From Patescibacteria group bacterium (GTDB lineage: Bacteria > Patescibacteriota > Patescibacteriia > CAIXNZ01), in contig JBAZJU010000008.1 of the NCBI GenBank assembly GCA_041651155.1, forward strand, positions 1,932 to 65,931: a DNA stretch of 64,000 nt, written 5' to 3'. Made by a program: the position numbers and the translations under genes. A model generated the notes under the pieces. The model was not told where the DNA came from, searched no databases, and saw nothing but the letters and a program-made list of their open reading frames with translations. The number at the start of each line of letters is the position of its first letter. Position 1 is the first letter of the stretch. Of this stretch, positions 10,101-18,619 are shown piece after piece.

Positions 10101-10627
10101 TCTTCAAAAGTGCCATTAGCGTCATAATCCAATTCAACTTGCAAATAAAAACTGTCAGTGGAAAATGTTACGCCGCCATTGGAAGCGCAAGTGCCGACCC
10201 AGTTGCCGCACAACGAATTTAATTCAACTGTAAAAATGCCGTCATTCACCTGAACTTTACTGCCGCTTGTGCCTTGATTTGTGCCATCCCAATTTTCCGC
10301 CCAAAGAAGGTTTCCGCTGGTAGCTTGGCTGTATATCCTAAAACGCATATCATAAAGTCCGTCCGGCGGAGGCACTCCGTCGGCATTGGTTATTTTACCC
10401 TGATAGGTCAAAGTATCACGGATGCCTTCAGTCGCAAAAATTGTATTTCTATAAATAAAATAAAGATAGCCTATTATTAAGGCAATCTGCAGGCCGATTA
10501 CAAAAATAATCAAAAATGATTTTAAAGACCTTTTAATACTGCTAAAAAATATCCCTAAAAATTTAGGCCTGTTACCCCCAGCCCTTTTAGCTCCTCCCTG
10601 CGCTATTTTTTTATTTTTCTTTAACAT
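7163..10627 (-). CDS. large surface protein with three LamG/concanavalin-like domains and a fibre-type N-terminal domain
   Basis: Likely start MLKKNKK at 10627; TM; LTYQGKIT...FTVEL...TATPYAMNAD N-domain; three FTLSAWIK/SIEFWVK/FSLEFYLK...W(H)..V...G.(F/I/L)D.V LamG repeats. Confidence 0.8.
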   Translation of the reverse strand: MLKKNKKIAQGGAKRAGGNRPKFLGIFFSSIKRSLKSFLIIFVIGLQIALIIGYLYFIYRNTIFATEGIRDTLTYQGKITNADGVPPPDGLYDMRFRIYSQATSGNLLWAENWDGTNQGTSGSKVQVNDGIFTVELNSLCGNWVGTCASNGGVTFSTDSFYLQVELDYDANGTFEEVFLPRKRFTATPYAMNADKLNGKGSADFVQIEGGEMTGNLSVPKIIDSSLVADYGFNGNSDDSSPNGLTGTLENSASAANDVLTLDGLNQYFSVADDDKLSFGNGTDDSAFTLSAWIKMDEATNFIIASKGTGSADDEYKFYINADDKINLQLIDQSQTNTYLGRMFNTALTSYEGEWANVIATYDSSKTSAGIKLYINGIEVDDTVNESNSSSYAGMENLTGAFNIGNYAANYARGQFDEVKVFNRALSPDEIKRIYADDNRQNIHSNKITTHTIYLESSDDENTGEGYLAWDNFYQRIKFSAETYLPNQMPYLANRANSQDYTHYSDENKKLAYDFSDSVGSTVTDLAGNANGTVNGNADWTNSGYIGYGMKFGADGDSVSFADPGLSSTQGSIEFWVKFNDITASADNYAFRLAESTSNEIVFAKENQSDMYFKVGDTKIPLGSIPDTSWHYVVIAWDSGNVSFYGDGQFALSTAYSNLDISRFDKFYLGSAGSPNTSLDGEIDSVAIYDDVLTPAEVKNHFNSAFENLYVANNLSDGNISSPVGSLIGLPASTNEKDKADPVYFSNDSKAVGLAFAEGQGTTTSNITLADDPTITGTTWQKGYYGYGLGFNGLSDYLTLTDSANLNMGTDNFSLEFYLKADSSDQTNKRIISKRSGDAGYEVYFDSNNKIGFFIGDGTNTYSTNVAGGYALNDGKWHHVLIAFDRSSNVTMAYDGSLTYIQNITSVTGSLDNAADLYIGKDSSGNFYKGILDSLVIYKSQLLNLGDIIARATDNPDKMVINSRGGISGLASLLVLNNYTSGDGIIAGLFNSNNNTTYPLKIWNAASSVSGSDTIYNLISFGNMGSNYGNLIWDATNTQFIFDQSLKTTGDLASNYLKTNDNEFLASDLIRHTITSDDVTNTYFSESWAKATKDKIASLHGVHYVVSGNVYGDQDFWSTNTENRIEYDGSAIRVDKLGGTWTEGDVITIFVVYEK

Positions 10628-10634
10628 AAGCAAA

Positions 10635-12707
10635 TTAAAAGTTGCCCACGGCTGTAACAGTAACTGTTTGGGCATAAGAGCCTGCTTCTGTCGTACCAGT
10701 TATGACAGCGGCATGGCATAAGGTCGTTGAATCAGAACTGATCGGCCCTGTAGCAGAAGCAAATGATTGATCGCTGGTTAATAAAACTGAAGCTGGCATA
10801 GCTGTAGCCAATTGATTGGCTAAATTACTGCAAGCAGAGCCTGAATTATTTTGTGTAATTGTTTCACCGGCCTTTGAAGTTGAAACTCCGTATTCTTCTT
10901 CTGTAGAAACTCCTCCAATATTTGTCACTCCCACATCGCCATCAGCCACATCGCTTATTTGATTGGCGGCATTTCTCAGCATGCCATCTGCTCTAATATA
11001 GGCAGTATAGCCTAAGCTGCCATTGGTGCTAATTTGCGTATCATAATTGCAAGTGCTCAAGCCAGCAGCGCTGAAAGTGCCTAAACTGCAGTTTGCGGCT
11101 GACAATGACAGAGTTAAAGTTGCATCAACTGCGGCTGAGATATCAACTGTATCTTCCTGATCAATTATCCAATGGGTAAAATAAATTTCATTATTGCCGT
11201 CAATGTTATCCTGCCAAATGACATTGGGCAGATTGGTATTTCTTAGCACAATTTCAGGATAATCCGAAAAACTGTTGCCATTATCAGATAAATTATCTGT
11301 GCCTGCTACATCCCCCATTTTGGTCCAGCCAAGGCCTGGAGTCCATTTGCGAAAATATATTTCGTAATTATAAACGCTCACGGCTTCCCGCCAAACAATA
11401 TTCGGAAAGCCCTGAGAGCTAAGTCCTATTTTGGGATATCTTGAAGCAGTTGCCGTGTTTGAGACATTATCATGCCCCAGAGTGCCATCCATTTTTGTCC
11501 AGCCAACACCCCCAGTCCATTTAGTGAAATAAATATCTCTAGTGCCTGTGGTGGCATCATCCCAGACAACGTTGGGTATGTTTGATTGGTCAAGTTTAAA
11601 ATCAATGCTATCGGAATCGCCCAAGGTATTGGAAATATTTTCATAGCCTAAAGTGCCATCCATTTTTGTCCAGCCTGTGCCTGGCTGCCACTTGGTAAAA
11701 AATATCTCCCCATTTGCGCTTGTGACATCTCTCCAGATAATAATAGGAAAGCCTAATGAATCAAGACGCATTTTTGGCAAACCTGATGCAGATGAATTAT
11801 TGGAAACATTATCCGCGCCTGGAGTACCGTCCATTTTGGTCCAGCCAACTCCCTGAGTCCATTTCTTAAAATAAATATCACCATTTCCTGTTAAATCAAC
11901 AGACCAAGTAAGGCAAGGGTTATTTGAGGAATCAATCGCAAATTGTGCTAAATGTGAATTATTGCCGCTATCATTTGAAACATTATCAGTGCCTGGAGTA
12001 CCATCCATTTTGGTCCAGCCAACTCCAAAAGTCCATTTACGGAAATAAATCTGCGTTTTACCATTAACAGGTTCTTCCCAAGCAATATAAGGATTATTAT
12101 CATTATCTATGGCAAATTGAGTTGAGCCAGAATTTAAAGCCGTACCAGAAACATTATCAGTACCAGCCGACCCATCCATTTTTGTCCAGCAATCATCAAT
12201 CCCAGCACCGCAGACACCTGAGCCGGCACCCACTGTCCATTTTCTAAAAAAAATTTCATAATTTCCAGTGGAATTATCCAGCCAGACTAAATAAGGAGTA
12301 CCTGAATCTGTCAGTGAAAATTTTGGCAAAGTTGAGCTGCCAGAATCATTAGAAACGTTTTCTGAACCTTCACTGCCATCCATTTTTGTCCAGCAACCAT
12401 TACCTCCACATCCAGTCGCTGTCCACTTGCTAAAAAAAATATCACTATTTCCAGTAGTACTATCAATCCAAATTGCATATGTATTATTATAAGCATCAGC
12501 CATAATTTGCGGTGCGATGGATGAGCCTGTATTATTGGAAATATTTTCACTAATATCTGTCCTGTCCATATTTTTCCAAGAGGCAAAAACTTCTTTGGTA
12601 AAAATCTGGCTGGTAACAATAATTACAATACCAAAGCAAAAAAGCCCAATTTTTCCTATTTTCCATTGGTTATTTAAATTAAAATACAATGGCTTTCTTT
12701 TAGTCAC
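10635..12707 (-). CDS. secreted protein with about 8 WTKMDG repeats (probable beta-propeller) plus C-terminal pilin/WxL-like domain
   Basis: Signal/TM segment, eight ~57-aa repeats (W.D...GN..IFF.KW..G.GWTKMDG..G.DNVS), C-domain ending AGSYAQTVTVTAVGNF shared with neighbours. Confidence 0.8.
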   Translation of the reverse strand: MTKRKPLYFNLNNQWKIGKIGLFCFGIVIIVTSQIFTKEVFASWKNMDRTDISENISNNTGSSIAPQIMADAYNNTYAIWIDSTTGNSDIFFSKWTATGCGGNGCWTKMDGSEGSENVSNDSGSSTLPKFSLTDSGTPYLVWLDNSTGNYEIFFRKWTVGAGSGVCGAGIDDCWTKMDGSAGTDNVSGTALNSGSTQFAIDNDNNPYIAWEEPVNGKTQIYFRKWTFGVGWTKMDGTPGTDNVSNDSGNNSHLAQFAIDSSNNPCLTWSVDLTGNGDIYFKKWTQGVGWTKMDGTPGADNVSNNSSASGLPKMRLDSLGFPIIIWRDVTSANGEIFFTKWQPGTGWTKMDGTLGYENISNTLGDSDSIDFKLDQSNIPNVVWDDATTGTRDIYFTKWTGGVGWTKMDGTLGHDNVSNTATASRYPKIGLSSQGFPNIVWREAVSVYNYEIYFRKWTPGLGWTKMGDVAGTDNLSDNGNSFSDYPEIVLRNTNLPNVIWQDNIDGNNEIYFTHWIIDQEDTVDISAAVDATLTLSLSAANCSLGTFSAAGLSTCNYDTQISTNGSLGYTAYIRADGMLRNAANQISDVADGDVGVTNIGGVSTEEEYGVSTSKAGETITQNNSGSACSNLANQLATAMPASVLLTSDQSFASATGPISSDSTTLCHAAVITGTTEAGSYAQTVTVTAVGNF

Positions 12708-12744
12708 TAAATTCTTTCAATAAATTATTCTTAAAATTTATACT

Positions 12745-13791
12745 CTAAAAATTACCTACGACTGTAATCGTCACTGTCTGAGCATAAGCGCCTGCCGGGG
12801 TTGTGCCAGTGATCACTGCCGCATGGCATAAGGTAGTTGAATCAGCACTCACGGGCGCTGAAGAAGTGGCAAATGACTGGTCACTTGTTGTTAAAGCTGA
12901 ACCTGGCATGGCAGTTGTCAACTGACCATCCAAAGTTGCACAATCAGAGCCTGAATCATTGTCTACTATCGTAGATGATGCATTTGTTGTAGAAATGCCA
13001 TATTCTTCTTCTGTAGAAACTCCGCCGCTATTGGTTACACCCACGGTCGCATCTGCCACATTGGTTATGCTATTTGTGGCATTTCGCAAATTGCCGTCTG
13101 CTTTAATATACGCTGTATAGCCTGAATCAGCATTGGTGCTTACTTCTGTATCATAACTGCAGGTGCTTAAACCTGTTGTGCTTAATGTGCCTAAAGTGCA
13201 GGTAGAGGTAGATAAGGACAGAGTTAATGTTGGCTCAACTGTAGCCGAGATATTTACCTGGTTTAAGCCAACAACTATGGCTGCGCCGCCGCTATCTTCC
13301 TGGGTATCAGCATTGGTATCGCTGCCGCCCCAGGCATTATCAGCGCCCAAATCCCAGGTTGTAATAGCAAAAGAAGCTGAACCGGCAGTAGGATTGGTGA
13401 TATGGTTATTTGAAATCGTAATAGTAATTTGGCCTGAAACCTGATCGCCTTCTGTTGTAATCGGAATTTGCAAATTTTGTCCACTCACACTGGCTGTCCC
13501 CTTGGTGATATCTGTGGTTGTATGAGTTTGAGTAACTGCCACATCACCGTTAACTACGTTAGAAATGACATAGCCTGCCGGAAAAGTAATTTTAATGCCA
13601 TCCCCGCTATTTATATTGCCGTCAGGATTAAAAATAATCGTGGCATTTGTCGCTGCGCTGGCAGTGTAATTTGATAAAGTAATGCTCACCACGCTTATAC
13701 CGCCGGCTAAGGCTGGCAAAGCAGTAAAAGTGTTTAATACCATCAATAAAACCGCCAGTACAATTGAAAAAAATTTAAAATGTTTGTTCAT
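12745..13791 (-). CDS. secreted two-domain pilin/WxL-like protein (paralog 1)
   Basis: Signal peptide (ALA), Thr/Ser-rich beta domain, C-domain with 4 Cys ending TPAGAYAQTVTITVVGNF. Confidence 0.8.
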   Translation of the reverse strand: MNKHFKFFSIVLAVLLMVLNTFTALPALAGGISVVSITLSNYTASAATNATIIFNPDGNINSGDGIKITFPAGYVISNVVNGDVAVTQTHTTTDITKGTASVSGQNLQIPITTEGDQVSGQITITISNNHITNPTAGSASFAITTWDLGADNAWGGSDTNADTQEDSGGAAIVVGLNQVNISATVEPTLTLSLSTSTCTLGTLSTTGLSTCSYDTEVSTNADSGYTAYIKADGNLRNATNSITNVADATVGVTNSGGVSTEEEYGISTTNASSTIVDNDSGSDCATLDGQLTTAMPGSALTTSDQSFATSSAPVSADSTTLCHAAVITGTTPAGAYAQTVTITVVGNF

Positions 13792-13844
13792 AACTTTTTT
13801 TATAAATTAATTTTATTCAATCTTTATTTTAATTATTTATTTTT

Positions 13845-14930
13845 TTAAAAATTTCCGACAACAGTGACAGTCACAACCTGGGCATAAGCGCCTGCAGGTG
13901 TTGTGCCCATAATAACAGCTGCATGGCACAAAGTCGTTGAATCAGCGCTCACTGGACTTGTCGCTGTGGCAAAAGACTGATCGCTGGTTGATAAGGCTGA
14001 ACCGGGCATCGCAGTTGTTAATTGGCCATCTAAAGTTGCGCAATCTGTGCCTGAATCATTTTCCACTATTGTAGAAGATGCATTAGTCGTGGAAATGCCA
14101 TATTCTTCTTCTGTAGAAACTCCGCCGCTATTAGTTACGCCCACGGTCGCATCAGCCACATTGGTTATGCTATTTGTGGCATTTCTCAAATTGCCGTCTG
14201 CTTTAATATAAGCTGTATAGCCTGAATCAGCGTTTGTGCTAACCTCAGTATCATAGCTGCAGGTGCTTAAACCGGTTGTGCTTAATGTACCCAAAGCGCA
14301 GGTCGTGCCTGACAAGGTTAAAGTTAAGGTTGGATCAACTGTGCCTGAAATATTAACCTGGTTTGTGCCAATCACTACCGCTGCATAAGAACTGTCTAAT
14401 ATTGTATCAGCATCAGCTCCAGTTCCCCCCCAAGCCTCATCAGCGCCTAAATCCCAAATTCCAAGTGTAATTTTCTGAGTGCCTGAAGATGAAGGCGTAG
14501 TAATATGGCTGTTGGCAATTGTAATCGTCACTGCTCCGCTGGGCGTATCACTTTCTGTGGTAATGGGAATTGCCAGTACATTTTGGAGGCCAATGCCACC
14601 TACGATTGCTGTTCCTTTAGTGATATCTGTGGCAGTATGCGCCTGAGTTACTGTCACGTCTCCATTGACAACTGGGGCAGTGGAAAGATCAGAATTATCA
14701 AACTGAACCGTTATCCCATCTCCAGTATTAATATTACCGTCTGGATCAAAGCTAACCGTTGTTGTGTTAATAGCTGTATTGACAGCTGAGACATTGTTCC
14801 CGCTGGCATCGTGATAAGTAACAGAAATATCGGCCAAACCGGCATTAGCGTAATTTTGGGCAAGACCACTTCCTCCTAAAATGATTACCATTGCCATAAA
14901 AATGTAAAAAAGCTTCGTTTTCTTAATCAT
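13845..14930 (-). CDS. secreted two-domain pilin/WxL-like protein (paralog 2)
   Basis: Signal peptide (ANA), same C-domain ending VVGNF. Confidence 0.8.
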   Translation of the reverse strand: MIKKTKLFYIFMAMVIILGGSGLAQNYANAGLADISVTYHDASGNNVSAVNTAINTTTVSFDPDGNINTGDGITVQFDNSDLSTAPVVNGDVTVTQAHTATDITKGTAIVGGIGLQNVLAIPITTESDTPSGAVTITIANSHITTPSSSGTQKITLGIWDLGADEAWGGTGADADTILDSSYAAVVIGTNQVNISGTVDPTLTLTLSGTTCALGTLSTTGLSTCSYDTEVSTNADSGYTAYIKADGNLRNATNSITNVADATVGVTNSGGVSTEEEYGISTTNASSTIVENDSGTDCATLDGQLTTAMPGSALSTSDQSFATATSPVSADSTTLCHAAVIMGTTPAGAYAQVVTVTVVGNF

Positions 14931-15110
14931 AGATTAATTATTAATTATTTATTAAAATTATTAGATATTTTATTTTATAATCTCATATCTTAGCCAAATT
15001 TTAACTCATCCATATCACAATTATATCATAAATTCAGCCGTAAAAAAAGTTAGCCTGTGAATAAAATTTTAACCTGCTGAAATAAAATTCCGTCATAATG
15101 ATGGCTTATC

Positions 15111-15473
15111 TTAATCTTTTTTATACTTTAATACACGTAAGTACGTATCAACAAATCTTAAAATTATAACCAAGATTAATGCTAAAATTACCATGATTAA
15201 CGCCATCAGCCCCCAACTGGCTGCTTGATCATAAATTGTCTGAACTTCCCCGGTGACTTCTTTTTGTTGCAAACCCAATGATTTTTCAAAAAAATATTGG
15301 TATTTATTTTCTTTGGTCATTACGGACTGGGTTGGCTGAGTGGAAATATTTTTATTTAATTCTGTTTCTGGCACAATGCCGTAAACATTCACATCCGTCT
15401 GCCCATGACTTACGGATAAATAAAAAAAATTTATCAATATTGCCGCTAAACCAATTAAAATAATTTTACGCAT
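15111..15473 (-). CDS. small secreted protein with C-terminal membrane anchor
   Basis: Signal peptide, mature start QTDVNVYGIVP, C-terminal TM and basic tail. Confidence 0.75.
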   Translation of the reverse strand: MRKIILIGLAAILINFFYLSVSHGQTDVNVYGIVPETELNKNISTQPTQSVMTKENKYQYFFEKSLGLQQKEVTGEVQTIYDQAASWGLMALIMVILALILVIILRFVDTYLRVLKYKKD

Positions 15474-15497
15474 ATAATAACTCCCCAGCTTGATATA

Positions 15498-15530
15498 AGA
15501 AGAGGCTTTTAAGTATTAAAAGCCTCTTCT
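15498..15530. terminator. intrinsic terminator-like hairpin
   Basis: AGAAGAGGCTTTTAA-GTA-TTAAAAGCCTCTTCT, perfect 15-bp stem. Confidence 0.7.
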
Positions 15531-15563
15531 TTTCAAAGTCCTTATAAATTGGGATTAATACTT

Positions 15564-16538
15564 TTATTTCTTAGCTTTGCCGTATTTCTTCAAAATCCAT
15601 TTGTTATATTTCTTGATAGCAAAATACAAGATTACAACAATAATGACTATTATTAACAAATTAACAATAATTATATTCCATGGGATTACCATGAATGTAG
15701 TTGAGGCTGTTAAAGTATTGCCTGCTGTGCCATAAGCCAAGCTTAAATCAGCGGTATAACTGCCAAAAGCAAAATTTTCTTTTTCCTGCATATATTTGCC
15801 CCAGAATGTGGTTGCGCCTACTGCATTAGGATCTTTTAACCAGCCAGCATCAAATTTTCTGATTTGGTCAGGCAGGACATTGCCACCTGCTTCATTGACA
15901 GCAACTTTGCCGGCAACAGCTCCCCACATGTTTTTAATCGTAATTGTTCCCATTGGCTTTAAATGGACATTACCGTCATTTTTTACTCTCACGCTAAAAT
16001 CTACTGGCAGTGAACTAAAAGTTTTACCAGCTGTGCTGAATTCTGCAATTTGCGCGCTTTCTTTAATTTCACCTGCAATTCTAACCAAAATCAAAGTGCC
16101 AATACGGCTGGCAATAGATACTTGAGAACCTGCATTGGCAGCTTCCGGAGGCGCAGTGCTCAAAAATATAGCAGCATAATGACCGCCTGGCCCGGCATAA
16201 TTAGGTACGATAATTGAAAAAGGCACTTCCACTGTAGAACCTGCTGGAACAGTGATACTCTGGAATGGAAACTTTATCCAGGTAGCTAAATCCACGTCTT
16301 CACCTGTAAAAGATGGTTCTCCTGCTTCACCGCCTGCCACAAATCGTTCTGCTGATAAGTAATAAGTGGCTGCTGCCGCACCTTCATTACGAACCTTAAT
16401 TGATTGATTTATCACATCGCCTTTCGCAGCGTCAATCTCAATTATAGGCGGTGATACTGTAACAGCAGAACTTGCTAAAGGCAGAAGTAAGCCGACAGCA
16501 AGCAGGGCAATTACCAATGAGAAAATTTTTGTTTTCAT
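15564..16538 (-). CDS. DUF916/WxL-interacting-like (PapD-like fold) membrane-anchored protein
   Basis: Likely start MKTKIF at 16538; VTVSPP..EI, V.N.G, VPF.I.VP..A.PGGHYAAIF, NDGNVHLKP.G, C-terminal TM and Lys tail. Confidence 0.75.
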   Translation of the reverse strand: MKTKIFSLVIALLAVGLLLPLASSAVTVSPPIIEIDAAKGDVINQSIKVRNEGAAAATYYLSAERFVAGGEAGEPSFTGEDVDLATWIKFPFQSITVPAGSTVEVPFSIIVPNYAGPGGHYAAIFLSTAPPEAANAGSQVSIASRIGTLILVRIAGEIKESAQIAEFSTAGKTFSSLPVDFSVRVKNDGNVHLKPMGTITIKNMWGAVAGKVAVNEAGGNVLPDQIRKFDAGWLKDPNAVGATTFWGKYMQEKENFAFGSYTADLSLAYGTAGNTLTASTTFMVIPWNIIIVNLLIIVIIVVILYFAIKKYNKWILKKYGKAKK

Positions 16539-16615
16539 ATTTTTCCCCTCACCCTCCATTGCTTAAAGCAGCGGAGGGCAAATTTAATTTTTATAATTTA
16601 TTTTAATTATTTATT

Positions 16616-17686
16616 TTAAAAATTACCAACAACTGTAATTGTCACAACCTGAGCATAAGCGCCTGCAGGTGTTGTGCCCATAATAACAGCGGCATGACAC
16701 AAAGTCGTTGAATCAGCGCTCACTGGACTTGTCGCTGTGGCAAAAGACTGATCGCTGGTTGATAAGGCTGAACCCGGCATCGCAGTTGTTAATTGGCCAG
16801 CTAAAGTTGCGCAATCAGAGCCTGAATCATTGTCCACTATTGTAGAAGATGCATTTGTTGTGGAAATACCGTATTCTTCTTCTGTGGAAACACCGCCGCT
16901 ATTAGCTACGCCCACGGTTGCGTCAGCAACATTGGTTATGCTATTTGTGGCATTTCTCAAATTGCCGTCTGCTTTAATATAAGCTGTATAGCCTGAATCA
17001 GCGTTTGTGCTAACCTCAGTATCATAGCTGCAGGTGCTTAAACCGGTTGTGCTTAATGTACCCAAAGCGCAGGTCGTGCCTGACAAGGTTAAAGTTAAGG
17101 TTGGATCAACTGTGCCTGAAATATTAACCTGGTTTGTGCCAATCACTACTGCCGCATAAGAACCATCTAAGACTGAATCAGCATTTTCGCCAGTGCCGCC
17201 AAAAGCATTGTCAGCGCCTAAATCATAGAGAACAATTGTGATTTTATAGGTGCCTGATGTAGTAGGGGTTGTAATGTGACTATTGGAAATAGTAACCGTC
17301 ACTGCGCCACTCGGCGTGTCGCTTTGGGTGGTAATTGGGATTAAAACGCTTTGGATAACTCGAACCGCAGTACCTTTTATTATATCTGTGCCGCTATTTG
17401 CCTGGGTGATAGCAACATCACCGTTAACAACGCTAGCAACGCCAAAATTATCTTGGAATTGAATCTCTAAAGCATCTCCTGTGCTGAGATTGCCATCGGG
17501 ATCAAAGCTAATTGTGGTTGTGTTAACAACCGTATTAACTGCTGAGATATTATTTCCGCTGCCATCATGCAATGTAACGGAAACTGCGCTTAACCCGGCG
17601 TTAGCGACATTTTCTGCAAAAAACCCTCCCCCTAAAATTGTCACTATTGCCATAAAAATGTAAAATAGTTTTGCTTTCTTTACCAT
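16616..17686 (-). CDS. secreted two-domain pilin/WxL-like protein (paralog 3)
   Basis: Signal peptide (ANA); C-terminal ~180 aa nearly identical to paralog 2. Confidence 0.8.
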   Translation of the reverse strand: MVKKAKLFYIFMAIVTILGGGFFAENVANAGLSAVSVTLHDGSGNNISAVNTVVNTTTISFDPDGNLSTGDALEIQFQDNFGVASVVNGDVAITQANSGTDIIKGTAVRVIQSVLIPITTQSDTPSGAVTVTISNSHITTPTTSGTYKITIVLYDLGADNAFGGTGENADSVLDGSYAAVVIGTNQVNISGTVDPTLTLTLSGTTCALGTLSTTGLSTCSYDTEVSTNADSGYTAYIKADGNLRNATNSITNVADATVGVANSGGVSTEEEYGISTTNASSTIVDNDSGSDCATLAGQLTTAMPGSALSTSDQSFATATSPVSADSTTLCHAAVIMGTTPAGAYAQVVTITVVGNF

Positions 17687-17890
17687 AGTTTAATCTTCAT
17701 TTGTTAATTAAAAAATACTAAAAGATTTAGTATTTAGATATTTTAAATATTTATTTTCCTGACTATTTCTTAAAATAAAATTCAAAGCTAAATCCATTGC
17801 TAAAATTTAGATTAAATAATTATTATATGTTTTTATTATAACATAAAAACATATAACTAACTATGATTTTAACCTGTGGAAAAGTCATGC

Positions 17891-18601
17891 CTAAAAAACT
17901 GGAATAAATTCATAAGTCAAAGTAGCGCCATAATTGCCAGCGTTTGTTTCAGGAGCAATATTCACAATTACCGAAACAGTAAAATCAGTCTGGTAAGAAA
18001 AACTTAATGACTGGGCAATAATATCACCGTCGTTATAAGCAAATTTATTTGTTGTATTATAATTTGGCGTTGCCCAACCAATCCCGCCCAAAGGGTCTGA
18101 GCCGATTAAAGGCACAGAATTACTCACTAAATTAATGCCAAATTGTTCAGTCCCCGGCTCAGAATCTGCAGCGACACTGCCTATTGGAGTGACGGCATGT
18201 TCCGAACTATGCAAAGATTCACCGATTATTTTTATAGTATAACCAGCTTTGGAATTTGTGTATGCTGAAAAAGTATGGCTGGAATAGGCTGTTGACGACG
18301 GAGAAAGCTCTCCAAAATTTAAACTGACTAACTGAACGCTAAATCCAATTGTCGGCTCAGCGCCAATGCCTGAAAAGCTTGGCTTTTCTTTAAAATTCAT
18401 GCTTTGGGAATTGGCGCCAGCTTGATCTGTGAAATTTGAGTCAATTGCATAATTTTCTGAAGACAAAGCGCCTCCGCCTGAACTTAAATTATCCAGCCAG
18501 ACTTTATAATTATTGCTGGACATGGCGGCTATTGCTTGTTTGCCAAAAGCCGCAAAACCAAACAATAAAAAAAGTATTAAAATTTTATTTAACTTGACCA
18601 T
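17891..18601 (-). CDS. secreted protein with divergent WxL/pilin-like C-domain
   Basis: Signal peptide; EPTIGFSV...LNFGEL...YTNSKAGYTI...TEQFGINL...AGNYGATLTY, aligns loosely with the paralog C-domain. Confidence 0.7.
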   Translation of the reverse strand: MVKLNKILILFLLFGFAAFGKQAIAAMSSNNYKVWLDNLSSGGGALSSENYAIDSNFTDQAGANSQSMNFKEKPSFSGIGAEPTIGFSVQLVSLNFGELSPSSTAYSSHTFSAYTNSKAGYTIKIIGESLHSSEHAVTPIGSVAADSEPGTEQFGINLVSNSVPLIGSDPLGGIGWATPNYNTTNKFAYNDGDIIAQSLSFSYQTDFTVSVIVNIAPETNAGNYGATLTYEFIPVF

Positions 18602-18619
18602 GTTTATTTTTAGATTTTT

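Noticed and set aside
10628-10675. 5' extensions given by the ORF track (also at 20896, 25434, 26261, 54879, 59221)
   Set aside because: They overlap upstream genes or repeats; downstream ATGs give typical N-termini.
12745-17160. Diversity-generating retroelement TR/VR pair suggested by near-identical 3' gene ends
   Set aside because: All copies are coding ends of intact paralogs, the differences I checked are not confined to adenines, and no reverse transcriptase or Avd gene is in the window.
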